Positions 17,802 to 26,356 of a DNA stretch of 43,318 nt are shown here, in pieces. The DNA is taken from the NCBI GenBank assembly GCA_041736305.1, contig JBGSTX010000005.1:1-43318 (forward strand), given 5' to 3'. The position numbers and the translations under genes were made by a program. Below the pieces are notes generated by a model. The model did no database searches, had not been told where the DNA came from, and saw nothing but the letters and a program-made list of their open reading frames with translations. Numbering within the stretch: the stretch's first letter is position 1; every line of letters starts with the position of its first letter. The DNA comes from Oligoflexus sp. (GTDB taxonomy: Bacteria; Bdellovibrionota_B; Oligoflexia; Oligoflexales; Oligoflexaceae).

Positions 17802-20800
17802 ATGCCCTGCTGCTGGGAGCTAGTTTCAAGAAAACGCAGAAGCTCACTGAGGGTGCGCACATTTTCGACGGGCACATCCCGGATTTCGGGAATCTTGCTC
17901 GTGAGGCTGGCCATGATTTCGACTCTTTTTATGGAGTCGATGCCTAGATCTGCTTCGAGATCCATACTCGGGTCCAATACCTGCTGCGGATAGCCGGTCT
18001 TGTCGGCGATGACTTGCCAGAGAAGAGACTTAAATTTTGGGGTCTGCGCCTCGGGTACTGATAGGCCTGCCCTTGCGCCGAGATGGGCAATGATATCAGA
18101 GATCTTTTGCATTTCACTGAGGCTTTGCTCTTGTAGCTGGGCCTCTTTGAATGCATTACGAAGCTCAGAGAAAATTTCAACCTTCTTGATCGAGTCGATG
18201 CCAAGATCGCTTTCAAGCTCCATATCATCACTGAGAGTATGGATAGGAAAACCGGTTTTTTCGGCGATAGTCTGTAGAATCTTCGTGCGAACGTCGGGAT
18301 TGCTGTCGGCCGGACTTGCCGCTGGAGCTGCTGACGCGACTAGGCTTGCTGCGAGCGCCTGAGTCGCAGTCGATCCCGTGAACTGAATGAGATCTGCTAT
18401 GGTCTGGGCTTCACGAATCGGACCTGCTGCTACGTCTAGCTCGGGAAAAGCCTTGGAAATTGCTGAAAGGATTTCCACTTTTTTGATTGAATCGATGCCT
18501 AAATCGCTTTCGAGCCCCATGTCTTCGGAGAGGGTAGTGACGGGAAATCCCGTGGCGTCGCTGATAAGCTTGAAGATCAACCGACTACTGGCTGCATTCG
18601 CTGGCGCTGCCGCGCTTGTGCCATGTGCATAGCTTTTTTGCTCGAGCAGAGAGTTGGTGTTTGAAAGAGCATGGCTATTGCGATCTGCGGGCACGATGCC
18701 GAAATTTGCTGCATAAGCGGATGCTGCCTGCACTGCCTGCGCCGCTTGAGCCGCTTGAGCCGCTTGAGCTGCTTGTGCTGCTTGTGCTGCTTGTGCCGCC
18801 TGCGCTGCCTGAGCTGCCTGCGCCGCTTGATCTGATTTCGCTACAGGGAGGCCTTGTGCTGAGTAGGCCGAAGCTAAAGGAGATGCATAAGACGAAGCTG
18901 CTTGAGATCCAGATCTACCAGCTCCTGCCGGCCCTTGCTGCGCGCTATTCGTCAGGGCCCCTGTCTGCTTCGAAAATGCAAGTTCAGCTTCGACGGTACG
19001 AGCAAACGCCGACTGGCGCTCCATATCTCTTGTAGCCTTGCTCAAGTCCATACGGCTCAGCGTGGAAGCGACCAGGCCTTCGCCGCCCCTAAGTGCATCG
19101 TGAATAATCTGCTGGAACTGGCGCTGATTCGCGAGGAACTGTGCCTGCACCTCAGCGGCTTTCCTCTGAGTCTCCTGCATATCGAGGAGGAATTTTTCAA
19201 GCACCGTCACATTTATTTCTGTGGACATTGTTTGAACCCTTTGTGTGTTATGCGAAGCCTTTGGCATTTCATATCTACGGTGATGAGCAAGACCTGGGAC
19301 TGCTACGGGTCCGGGCTCAGGTGTTGCGAGGTGGCCCAATACCGCCTCAAACCCAGGCTTTAATTCTGGTCCCGCTACAGGACTTACGCGCGATTCTAAC
19401 CCAGCTTGTGAAGCAGCAGAGCCAATCTTCCGCTCAGGCTTGGCCACTGCCGCTCTTTCCGACTCTAATGCAGGCACTTTTCTACTAGTGTCAGAACGGT
19501 AATTGGCACCCGTCAGCCAGACCTTAAAAGCATCTTTCTCCGCCGCCACGATCTCGACACCAGGATCCCAACGCACCAGATCCAAGTCCATGCCTCGAAC
19601 GGCAAGTTCACCAACCAACGCCGCAAGGCCCAGCATGCTGTCGCGTTTGTCGCTATCCAGCGAAAGAGCCTGTTTGTCACAGGCCTTCAAGAGTCGACTC
19701 AACTTCTGTCCCGGGCCTATTTCAACGAGAGTGATTTCCCGATCCTTGCGCACAGCCTGCAGCATCTCGTGAAAGCGAACCGGCATGGCTAGCTGGGCCG
19801 AGAGCGTTTTCTGGAGGCCTTCAGCAGGGTATGCTTTGGCCAGAAGGTTACTGTAGACAGGGACTTCGGGCTTCTTAAAGTGCACGTGCTGGCCCAACCA
19901 ACGATCGAAACCACTTTCCGCGGCGCTCACATATTCAGAGTGAAAAGCTGTACTCACATTGAGGACAGCCGACGAAATATTCACCTTCGCGAGCTGCTCG
20001 ACTAGAACATGAATTTCCGCCGTCGCGCCGCCGACCACTACCTGCTCAGGAGAATTAAAATTTACTATCTTCAGGCTGCTTGCACTCGCTCTGATCAAGT
20101 CTTCAACGCGTTCTTGAGAAGCCAGGATCGCCAGCATAGAACCACCTTTGCTTCCCAGCTGCTCAATTAGCAGACCTCGTTGATAAGAAGCGCGCAGCGT
20201 CTCCTCCAGTGACATGACCCCGGCCGCGTACAGAGCTAGCAGTTCACCATAGGAATGTCCAGCCGTGACAGACGGCCGTATACCGAAGCTCTTTAAGATC
20301 GAAATCACAGCTGTACCGACGCAACCCAACGCTAGCTGCGTGATCCGAGTCGCCGTCAGCCGCTGAGAAAATAACTCCTTATCGTTGCCAAAGGCCTGCG
20401 GAGGATAAATATAGTCCATCAGCGAAGGACCATTACTTTCATGCTCTTCGAGAATCCGCGAAGCCAGAGACAAACTCTCCAAAGCCTCAGGAAAACTTAC
20501 CATCAGCTCCCGCAGCATACCGGGTGCTTGTGAGCCCTGGCCTGCAAAAATCATCGCCAACTGAGCCTGCGGTGCCGCCTGCGAATAGGCTACCCCGTTG
20601 ACGGACACACCTTCCTCTACCGCCTTTTTTGCCTCAGTAAGCCGCTGTTTCAGTTCTGGAAGTCCTTTGGCCCAGATTGCGAGCCGATGGGCGTGCTTAG
20701 CGGCGAACTTTCGTCGAGACTGGCGAGCTATAGTCTGCGCATGGTAGGTGCATGCCGGGGTCTCCAAGAGCTTAGATGCAGCGAGAAAAGAACTCATAAG

Positions 20801-22270
20801 AGCTTCTCTCGAATCTCCCGAAAAACTTAGCAAGAAGAGATCCTGATTCCAAAGTCGAGGTTTGTCGTCGGCTTTGTATTCTTCAAGCACGCAGTGATAA
20901 TTGCTTCCACCAAATCCAAAAGCGCTAACCGCTGCATAGCGAGGCTTGCCAAGTCGTGGAATCCAGGGTCGAGGCCTATCAAGCAATTGAAAAGGTCCCC
21001 CCACCAGATGGGGGTGAAGCCGCTGCACTTTAATAGTCGGAGTCTGGATTTTTTGATGCAGAGCCATCACGCACTTGATAAGCCCAGCTGCCCCAGCGGC
21101 GGCCTTGGTATGTCCAATCTGGGATTTTACAGATCCGATCACACAGGACTTTCTATTATGCTGGCCAAATATCTTGGTCAGCGACTCGGCTTCGATACCA
21201 TCTCCTACCTTGGTCCCCGTCCCATGCGCTTCCACTAATTCAATGGCAGCTGAATCGATATCTGCATCGTCGTAGGCTCTTTGAATCGCCTTGATCTGAC
21301 CTTTGACTGCCGGGGTATAGATGGCTTTACCCTTACCGTCGCTCGCTGACCCAAAGCCCCGGATGACAGCATAGATCTTGTCTCCATCGCGCTCCGCGTC
21401 CTCGAGTCGCTTCAGGATTACGACGCCCAGGCCTTCACCCAGAACCGTGCCATCGCCGTCTGCATCGAAGGGCCGGGAGTGACCGCTCGGTGAGAGAGCA
21501 GGAGTTTTACTGAAGCACATGTACATAAAGATGTCGTTGAACGTGTCCATTCCACCGGTGATCACCATATCGCAGCGACCCGTCTGGAGTTCCATGACCG
21601 CGACCTGAATCGCCGCCAATGAACTCGCACAGGCCGCATCGACGACCGAATTACTGCCGCCGAGATTGAGGCGGTTCGCAATGCGCCCAGCGACGACATT
21701 ACCTAAGAGTCCTGGGAAGGATGCTTCCTGCCAAGAGACATAGGAATTGGCGATTTCGTCCATCACCTCTTTGGCGACGTCGTCGGCTACTCCAGCATTT
21801 TTTAGGGCTTTTTTCCACTTTGGATGCCCGAGGCGGGCGCCGAGCGGAATCACTAGCTCGAGAGTGCCTGTCACACCGATAATGCAGGAAGTCCGATCAC
21901 GATCGAAATTGGCATCCGGCCCGTAGCCAGCATCGACAAGAGCTTCATGGGCGCAGACCATGCCCAGCAGCTGCGTGGAATCGGTCGCTTCAAGCGTGTG
22001 GGGCGCAATTCCATAGCGTAGGGGTTCGAAGGCGAAGGGCTTTAGAAATCCACCCGTCTGCGAATAGGTACGATCGGGAGTCTTGGGATCGGCGTGAAAG
22101 TATTCTTCCGGACTCCAATGGCTCAGTGGAATAGGACTTATAGCATCCTTCCCCTGAATAATGTTTCTCCAGTATTCTTGGAGGTTGGCTGCCTCGGGAA
22201 ACATGCACGACATACCGATGACTGCGATCCCATTCTTCGACCTATCCCCAACCCTCCCTCGCTTGTTCAT
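17774..22270 (-). CDS. pfaA: PUFA synthase PfaA N-terminal part: KS, MAT, linker, 3 x ACP
   Basis: KS DAACASSL, EAHGTGT, GHTKAAAG; MAT FAGQGSQ, GHSYGE, AFHS; three LE(S/A)DLGIDSIK(K/R)VEI ACP motifs. ATGA overlap with the pfaD stop. Confidence 0.95.
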   Translation of the reverse strand: MNKRGRVGDRSKNGIAVIGMSCMFPEAANLQEYWRNIIQGKDAISPIPLSHWSPEEYFHADPKTPDRTYSQTGGFLKPFAFEPLRYGIAPHTLEATDSTQLLGMVCAHEALVDAGYGPDANFDRDRTSCIIGVTGTLELVIPLGARLGHPKWKKALKNAGVADDVAKEVMDEIANSYVSWQEASFPGLLGNVVAGRIANRLNLGGSNSVVDAACASSLAAIQVAVMELQTGRCDMVITGGMDTFNDIFMYMCFSKTPALSPSGHSRPFDADGDGTVLGEGLGVVILKRLEDAERDGDKIYAVIRGFGSASDGKGKAIYTPAVKGQIKAIQRAYDDADIDSAAIELVEAHGTGTKVGDGIEAESLTKIFGQHNRKSCVIGSVKSQIGHTKAAAGAAGLIKCVMALHQKIQTPTIKVQRLHPHLVGGPFQLLDRPRPWIPRLGKPRYAAVSAFGFGGSNYHCVLEEYKADDKPRLWNQDLFLLSFSGDSREALMSSFLAASKLLETPACTYHAQTIARQSRRKFAAKHAHRLAIWAKGLPELKQRLTEAKKAVEEGVSVNGVAYSQAAPQAQLAMIFAGQGSQAPGMLRELMVSFPEALESLSLASRILEEHESNGPSLMDYIYPPQAFGNDKELFSQRLTATRITQLALGCVGTAVISILKSFGIRPSVTAGHSYGELLALYAAGVMSLEETLRASYQRGLLIEQLGSKGGSMLAILASQERVEDLIRASASSLKIVNFNSPEQVVVGGATAEIHVLVEQLAKVNISSAVLNVSTAFHSEYVSAAESGFDRWLGQHVHFKKPEVPVYSNLLAKAYPAEGLQKTLSAQLAMPVRFHEMLQAVRKDREITLVEIGPGQKLSRLLKACDKQALSLDSDKRDSMLGLAALVGELAVRGMDLDLVRWDPGVEIVAAEKDAFKVWLTGANYRSDTSRKVPALESERAAVAKPERKIGSAASQAGLESRVSPVAGPELKPGFEAVLGHLATPEPGPVAVPGLAHHRRYEMPKASHNTQRVQTMSTEINVTVLEKFLLDMQETQRKAAEVQAQFLANQRQFQQIIHDALRGGEGLVASTLSRMDLSKATRDMERQSAFARTVEAELAFSKQTGALTNSAQQGPAGAGRSGSQAASSYASPLASAYSAQGLPVAKSDQAAQAAQAAQAAQAAQAAQAAQAAQAAQAAQAVQAASAYAANFGIVPADRNSHALSNTNSLLEQKSYAHGTSAAAPANAASSRLIFKLISDATGFPVTTLSEDMGLESDLGIDSIKKVEILSAISKAFPELDVAAGPIREAQTIADLIQFTGSTATQALAASLVASAAPAASPADSNPDVRTKILQTIAEKTGFPIHTLSDDMELESDLGIDSIKKVEIFSELRNAFKEAQLQEQSLSEMQKISDIIAHLGARAGLSVPEAQTPKFKSLLWQVIADKTGYPQQVLDPSMDLEADLGIDSIKRVEIMASLTSKIPEIRDVPVENVRTLSELLRFLETSSQQQGIGEASRKKV
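18722..18829 (-). repeat. 12 x 9-bp tandem repeat encoding (QAA)10-QAV-QAA in the PfaA MAT-ACP linker
   Basis: Units CARGCNGCN read directly, varying almost only at synonymous positions. Confidence 0.95.
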
Positions 22271-23877
22271 GAAAAAGACTCCTGAGCTTTTATCAGCTCT
22301 TCACCCGAGCGTGGATCAGTAAGGCCTTCCCAGGCTGGATCGCGAAGCCCCATAAAATTCAGCTGGCGAATTCTCTGCAGGAGCGCGGCCGAGTACATAA
22401 TATTGGCTCCTACTAGGGCCGCCCGCCTTGCCTTCGCGGCTTCGAGCGGACTACCTTTGACCCAAGCATTGAATGCGGCCATAGCCGGGCCACACCAAAT
22501 CTGATAATCAAGCCGACGGCTGCTGTCACCGCGGATTGCCCAATGCGAGGCTTGCCCCAGATAGGAGCGGAAGAGCAAAGCCATCTTGAATTTAGGGTTG
22601 GTCTCAGCCCTTTCTAGCTGGGAGGGATCACGGGCTTGAAAGAAGGCCCTTGTTGAATCCCAGGCTTCCTCGATGCTGCAGCGGAAAAAGCTGGCTTCGA
22701 GCTGCTGCCGCTCTTTCAGCGAAATACCTTCAAGATTGGGATGACTTCGATAAATTTCGTAAAGCTTCTGGGCCCGCATCGGGAACATGGTGCCCTTTTT
22801 AAGCACCTGTAGCTTCACCCCTAGCTCGAACATGTCCGCCGCAGGAGCCATCATAAAATCGCTCTGCTCGGTCTCGGCCAGCATTGCTCGAACTTCATCG
22901 CTAGTGCCGGATTCCACGCAAGCCTGATTGATCGATCCCGTCACAACGTAAGCTGCACCCATAGAAAAGGCAGCCAGCGCCGACTGGGGGGTGGAAATTC
23001 CACCAGCAGCTCCTAAACGGAGCCGGTCCTGATAGTGGTACTCTCGCTCCAGCTGAGCTTTTATCTGCAACATGAGAGGCAGCAAAGTAACGAGAGGTCT
23101 ATTGTCGGTGTGACCTCCAGAATCAGCTTCCGCGGTGAGGTCTTGAGCCATAGGAACGAGCTGGGCCAGCTCAAATTCCTGAGCGGTAATTGCCCCCTCG
23201 GCTAGCAGCGTATCGAGAATAGGCCGGGGTGCGGGTGACCAGAACAAACGGGCAAGCTCGACGCGAGATACTTTCGCAATGATTTTCTGAGGACTGACGA
23301 TGCCACCGCTGCCATCGCGATGAAGGTTCTTTACGCGATAGCGAACCAGGGCCTTGGTGAGGGACATGAAAGCCGAAGCTTCGACCAGATTGACCCTTTT
23401 ATGCAAAAGCAGATCGCAGATCTTATCTTCTACTGCCAGTTCTTGGGGACTATGAATAAAATTCACCGCAAAAGTCTTCGCACCCAGGGCGCTCTGCAGC
23501 TCGTCGATGGCCTTTTCCACAAGACCCAACCCTAGACCGGCGGCGCCGAAAGAAGCAAGCATCCCCTGACTGGCCAGAGCCTTGACCAAGGCAACACTTG
23601 AAATACCATGCGCCATGGATCCTGCCATATAGGGAAGGCTCAGCTGATGGGCATCAGTAAAATGACGATCACCAAGATCTCGAGGATGGATTCTAGGCAG
23701 AAAGATCTGTTTTCTATCCAGTGAGACTTCGAGCTCGTCCTGAATTCTAATAATTGCAGTAGCATTCAGATTTTTCATGGCGTGCAAGTCTTTCGTTGAT
23801 AAGTCACTTGTATATCGGAGATTTATTGGAATAGCTGAGTTGCTAGGCATGAAGTTGAGCTTCTCGCTCGCTCGCAA
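22267..23877 (-). CDS. pfaD: PUFA synthase enoyl reductase PfaD (FabK-like); real start probably a downstream ATG
   Basis: AGSMAHGISS, EASAFM, AKVSRVE, EADSGGHTD, AAGGISTP, TGSINQ, APAADMFELG, DYQIWCGPAM. Confidence 0.95.
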   Translation of the reverse strand: MRASEKLNFMPSNSAIPINLRYTSDLSTKDLHAMKNLNATAIIRIQDELEVSLDRKQIFLPRIHPRDLGDRHFTDAHQLSLPYMAGSMAHGISSVALVKALASQGMLASFGAAGLGLGLVEKAIDELQSALGAKTFAVNFIHSPQELAVEDKICDLLLHKRVNLVEASAFMSLTKALVRYRVKNLHRDGSGGIVSPQKIIAKVSRVELARLFWSPAPRPILDTLLAEGAITAQEFELAQLVPMAQDLTAEADSGGHTDNRPLVTLLPLMLQIKAQLEREYHYQDRLRLGAAGGISTPQSALAAFSMGAAYVVTGSINQACVESGTSDEVRAMLAETEQSDFMMAPAADMFELGVKLQVLKKGTMFPMRAQKLYEIYRSHPNLEGISLKERQQLEASFFRCSIEEAWDSTRAFFQARDPSQLERAETNPKFKMALLFRSYLGQASHWAIRGDSSRRLDYQIWCGPAMAAFNAWVKGSPLEAAKARRAALVGANIMYSAALLQRIRQLNFMGLRDPAWEGLTDPRSGEELIKAQESFS

Positions 23878-23989
23878 AGGCTATGTAGCAGCTATTCTTG
23901 AGAGAATCTCTGCTAAAATTCGCTAAATAGAATTTGCCTAGCTAAATACAGCGAAAAGGTGAGTGGCGGAAAAAAAATGCCGGCGACGT

Positions 23990-26257
23990 CTAAGAGCGGA
24001 TCTGAGCAACCCTGCTATCTGGACTCTTCTGCAAGAGTAATTTAAGCACCCATAGATCTCCGCAGAGATTGACAGCAAGACCAAGAGCTAAAATTATACC
24101 TAAGGTTTTAGGCGGTAAAAAGGCTGATGCTAGCAACATGAGAGCCAAAAGCTGCATACAGAGCATCACTTCTATAGAGCCACCGGCCCTGGCTTCAATG
24201 CCTTCTTCGAGCGGTCGATTGGGAGAGGCATAGAGATATTGAATTGCGTTATCGCCCGCCATACCAACCATTATCGCCCCAAAAAAGCAGTTTACAAAAT
24301 TGATCGGAACCTGAAAGACGAACATTAAACCTGTCATTACCAGCGGGCCCGTGAGCGAAGAAGTCAGTACAGCGTAAAAACATTTTTTTCTCTGCCACCA
24401 GGTATAAAAACAAAGGAAAAGGCAGACGATGATTAGACTTTCGGCAAAGCTTCTAAAGAGAACGACTACAACCGCCTCGGAAAATTCAACGAAAATTGGC
24501 AGCGGGCCCGTCGCATAGCAGATCGTGCTTGGACAGTTCGCCTTAACTGCATTCATAACCGACTGAATTTGATCTAGATTGCTCTCACGGACGTAGACGC
24601 TCAAACGCTCGTCGCCCTGGCTACTGAATCGTCTGAGATAGGAATCGTCAACACTGATAAATCGTTGAACCATTTCCGAATCCAACTGGGCTAGATCTTT
24701 TATGAGAAATTTGACCATCTCTTGGCCTGATTCGATTCGAGCGACCGCTGCTAAAGTTTGCAAAGACTGGACAAGCTTATGTCTTTGCTTTTCGGTGGCT
24801 GTAGACTTTATTACGACCGAAACTGCGCCGTCCCAGCCTCGCGACGAGCGCAAATATTCGCCCGCTCTTGAAAAAGGGTGCTCCTTCGGCAAGAAGCTAT
24901 TGAGTGAATCTTCGAGTAAGAGAAAGGGCATGGACAAGAGACCACCGATCATAAGCGGCAATACTAAGTAACGGCAAAATTTCGGTAAGCTACGCTGCGC
25001 CAGCTGATCGTTAAGCCTCGCCAGAGAGTTGGAGCTCGCTACAGCCCAGACCCGACTTCTCGGCCACACAGAGTGTATACAGGGTATAAAAAAGTAGACG
25101 CTGAACCATTGAATAAAAGTTCCGATGGTCGCCCACATTCCCAAGTCTCTAACCGTTTTGATATCAGAGCTCATAAGGCAAAGAAAACCAAATGCAGTGG
25201 TCAGCGAGGTTAGGAACGAAGGAATCAAGAAGCGTTGGTAAGCACGTCGCCAACTCGCACCCGTTTTCTGCTGGTAGCGGGTGACAAAGAGAAAGTCAGC
25301 TACACCAGCCATTGAAACGAGCAGGATCAAACTACCTGTCAAAGGATCGGCGCTATAACCTGATAGGGCCATCAAGCCCAGAAGAAAGCTGCGCATCACT
25401 ATCAGGGAAATGCCTAGGAGCAAGCCACCAATCCACGTCCCATAGAAAAGGCGAAAGGCGATGGCGAGCAGGACCGGGATGAGAGAATTCACTAGAAGAT
25501 CGCGATCTGTAGCCACTTTCGCATAGGCGCGAAACGCCACCGGCCCACTCATATCCCAGGATACCTCAGGAAAAGCGCCTAGGGTCTTCCGGAGACTGTC
25601 ATCGATGTGCAGCGCAACAATGTTATCGACGCTGACGCCGGTTTTTTCAGTACTACCTTTCAGCTCAATTTCAGCCAGAATATCACCGTTTCCAGACTCG
25701 GTCGAAAAGAGGCCCTTCCACGGAGTGGAGCTGAGAATTCCATTTATTTCCATGCTACTTGCAATATAAGCCTGGGTGGGTTCGGGATCCTCGCGGTCAC
25801 AGTTCGGTTTGAACATAGGGGCAAACCAGAGTTTCGAGCCATCGACGGTTACCTGGCGAACGCTAAAGGGCGACGTCACCGTACTGATATCCGGTTGACC
25901 TTTGACGTTATAGACCCCCTGCCGCAGCCAGCGGTTGATCGCGCACATGGCTTCAGCTGAAATTCCTTGGGGCTTGCTACTCTTGAATACTAGAAAGAGT
26001 GATTGCCCGACTTTGAAGTCGCGCTCCATGACCTTATCGGCAAGGACAACAGGTAGTTTCGGATCGAGGTTGTCATTCATTGTAAAATAGCGAGGCATCA
26101 ACTCGATGCGGATTGTGAAAAATACGCAGAGGAGGCTACCGATTATTAGAACAATTTTGGGAAAGCGTAGGGTCTTACGATGAGCGAAGAAAGCAAAGTA
26201 AGTTAGGGGTCGAATGAAACGCTCTAAGAAAGCCCTTAGTCCCGTTGATCGAGTCAT
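23990..26257 (-). CDS. MMPL/RND-superfamily lipid exporter
   Basis: 755 aa with two repeats of TM, periplasmic loop, 5 TM. Motifs GVADFLF, TSLTTAFGFLCL, GMAGDNAIQY typical of MMPL-family proteins. Confidence 0.82.
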   Translation of the reverse strand: MTRSTGLRAFLERFIRPLTYFAFFAHRKTLRFPKIVLIIGSLLCVFFTIRIELMPRYFTMNDNLDPKLPVVLADKVMERDFKVGQSLFLVFKSSKPQGISAEAMCAINRWLRQGVYNVKGQPDISTVTSPFSVRQVTVDGSKLWFAPMFKPNCDREDPEPTQAYIASSMEINGILSSTPWKGLFSTESGNGDILAEIELKGSTEKTGVSVDNIVALHIDDSLRKTLGAFPEVSWDMSGPVAFRAYAKVATDRDLLVNSLIPVLLAIAFRLFYGTWIGGLLLGISLIVMRSFLLGLMALSGYSADPLTGSLILLVSMAGVADFLFVTRYQQKTGASWRRAYQRFLIPSFLTSLTTAFGFLCLMSSDIKTVRDLGMWATIGTFIQWFSVYFFIPCIHSVWPRSRVWAVASSNSLARLNDQLAQRSLPKFCRYLVLPLMIGGLLSMPFLLLEDSLNSFLPKEHPFSRAGEYLRSSRGWDGAVSVVIKSTATEKQRHKLVQSLQTLAAVARIESGQEMVKFLIKDLAQLDSEMVQRFISVDDSYLRRFSSQGDERLSVYVRESNLDQIQSVMNAVKANCPSTICYATGPLPIFVEFSEAVVVVLFRSFAESLIIVCLFLCFYTWWQRKKCFYAVLTSSLTGPLVMTGLMFVFQVPINFVNCFFGAIMVGMAGDNAIQYLYASPNRPLEEGIEARAGGSIEVMLCMQLLALMLLASAFLPPKTLGIILALGLAVNLCGDLWVLKLLLQKSPDSRVAQIRS

Positions 26258-26301
26258 TCGCTTAACCTTCCTTGCTACTTAAGAACACGAGCCTAAGTCA
26301 C

Positions 26302-26344
26302 AAAAAAAGGTCTAGAGGCTCGTTCCTGGCAGCCAGTAGACCTT
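26302..26344 (-). terminator. Intrinsic terminator after the 467-aa lipoprotein gene
   Basis: Minus strand AAGGTCTA..GGCT..AGCC..TAGACCTT followed by a T run. Confidence 0.6.
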
Positions 26345-26356
26345 GCCTAATTTAAT

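Noticed and set aside
18722-18829. Tandem repeat as a CRISPR array
   Set aside because: 9-bp in-frame coding units without spacers; no cas genes. No CRISPR, tRNA or rRNA recognised in the window.
10815-19358. Octapeptide PGFEAVLG occurs both in the PfaA linker and in the untranslated OleD extension
   Set aside because: The second copy is an alternative frame of pfaC; one such match among all six-frame pairs is plausible by chance.
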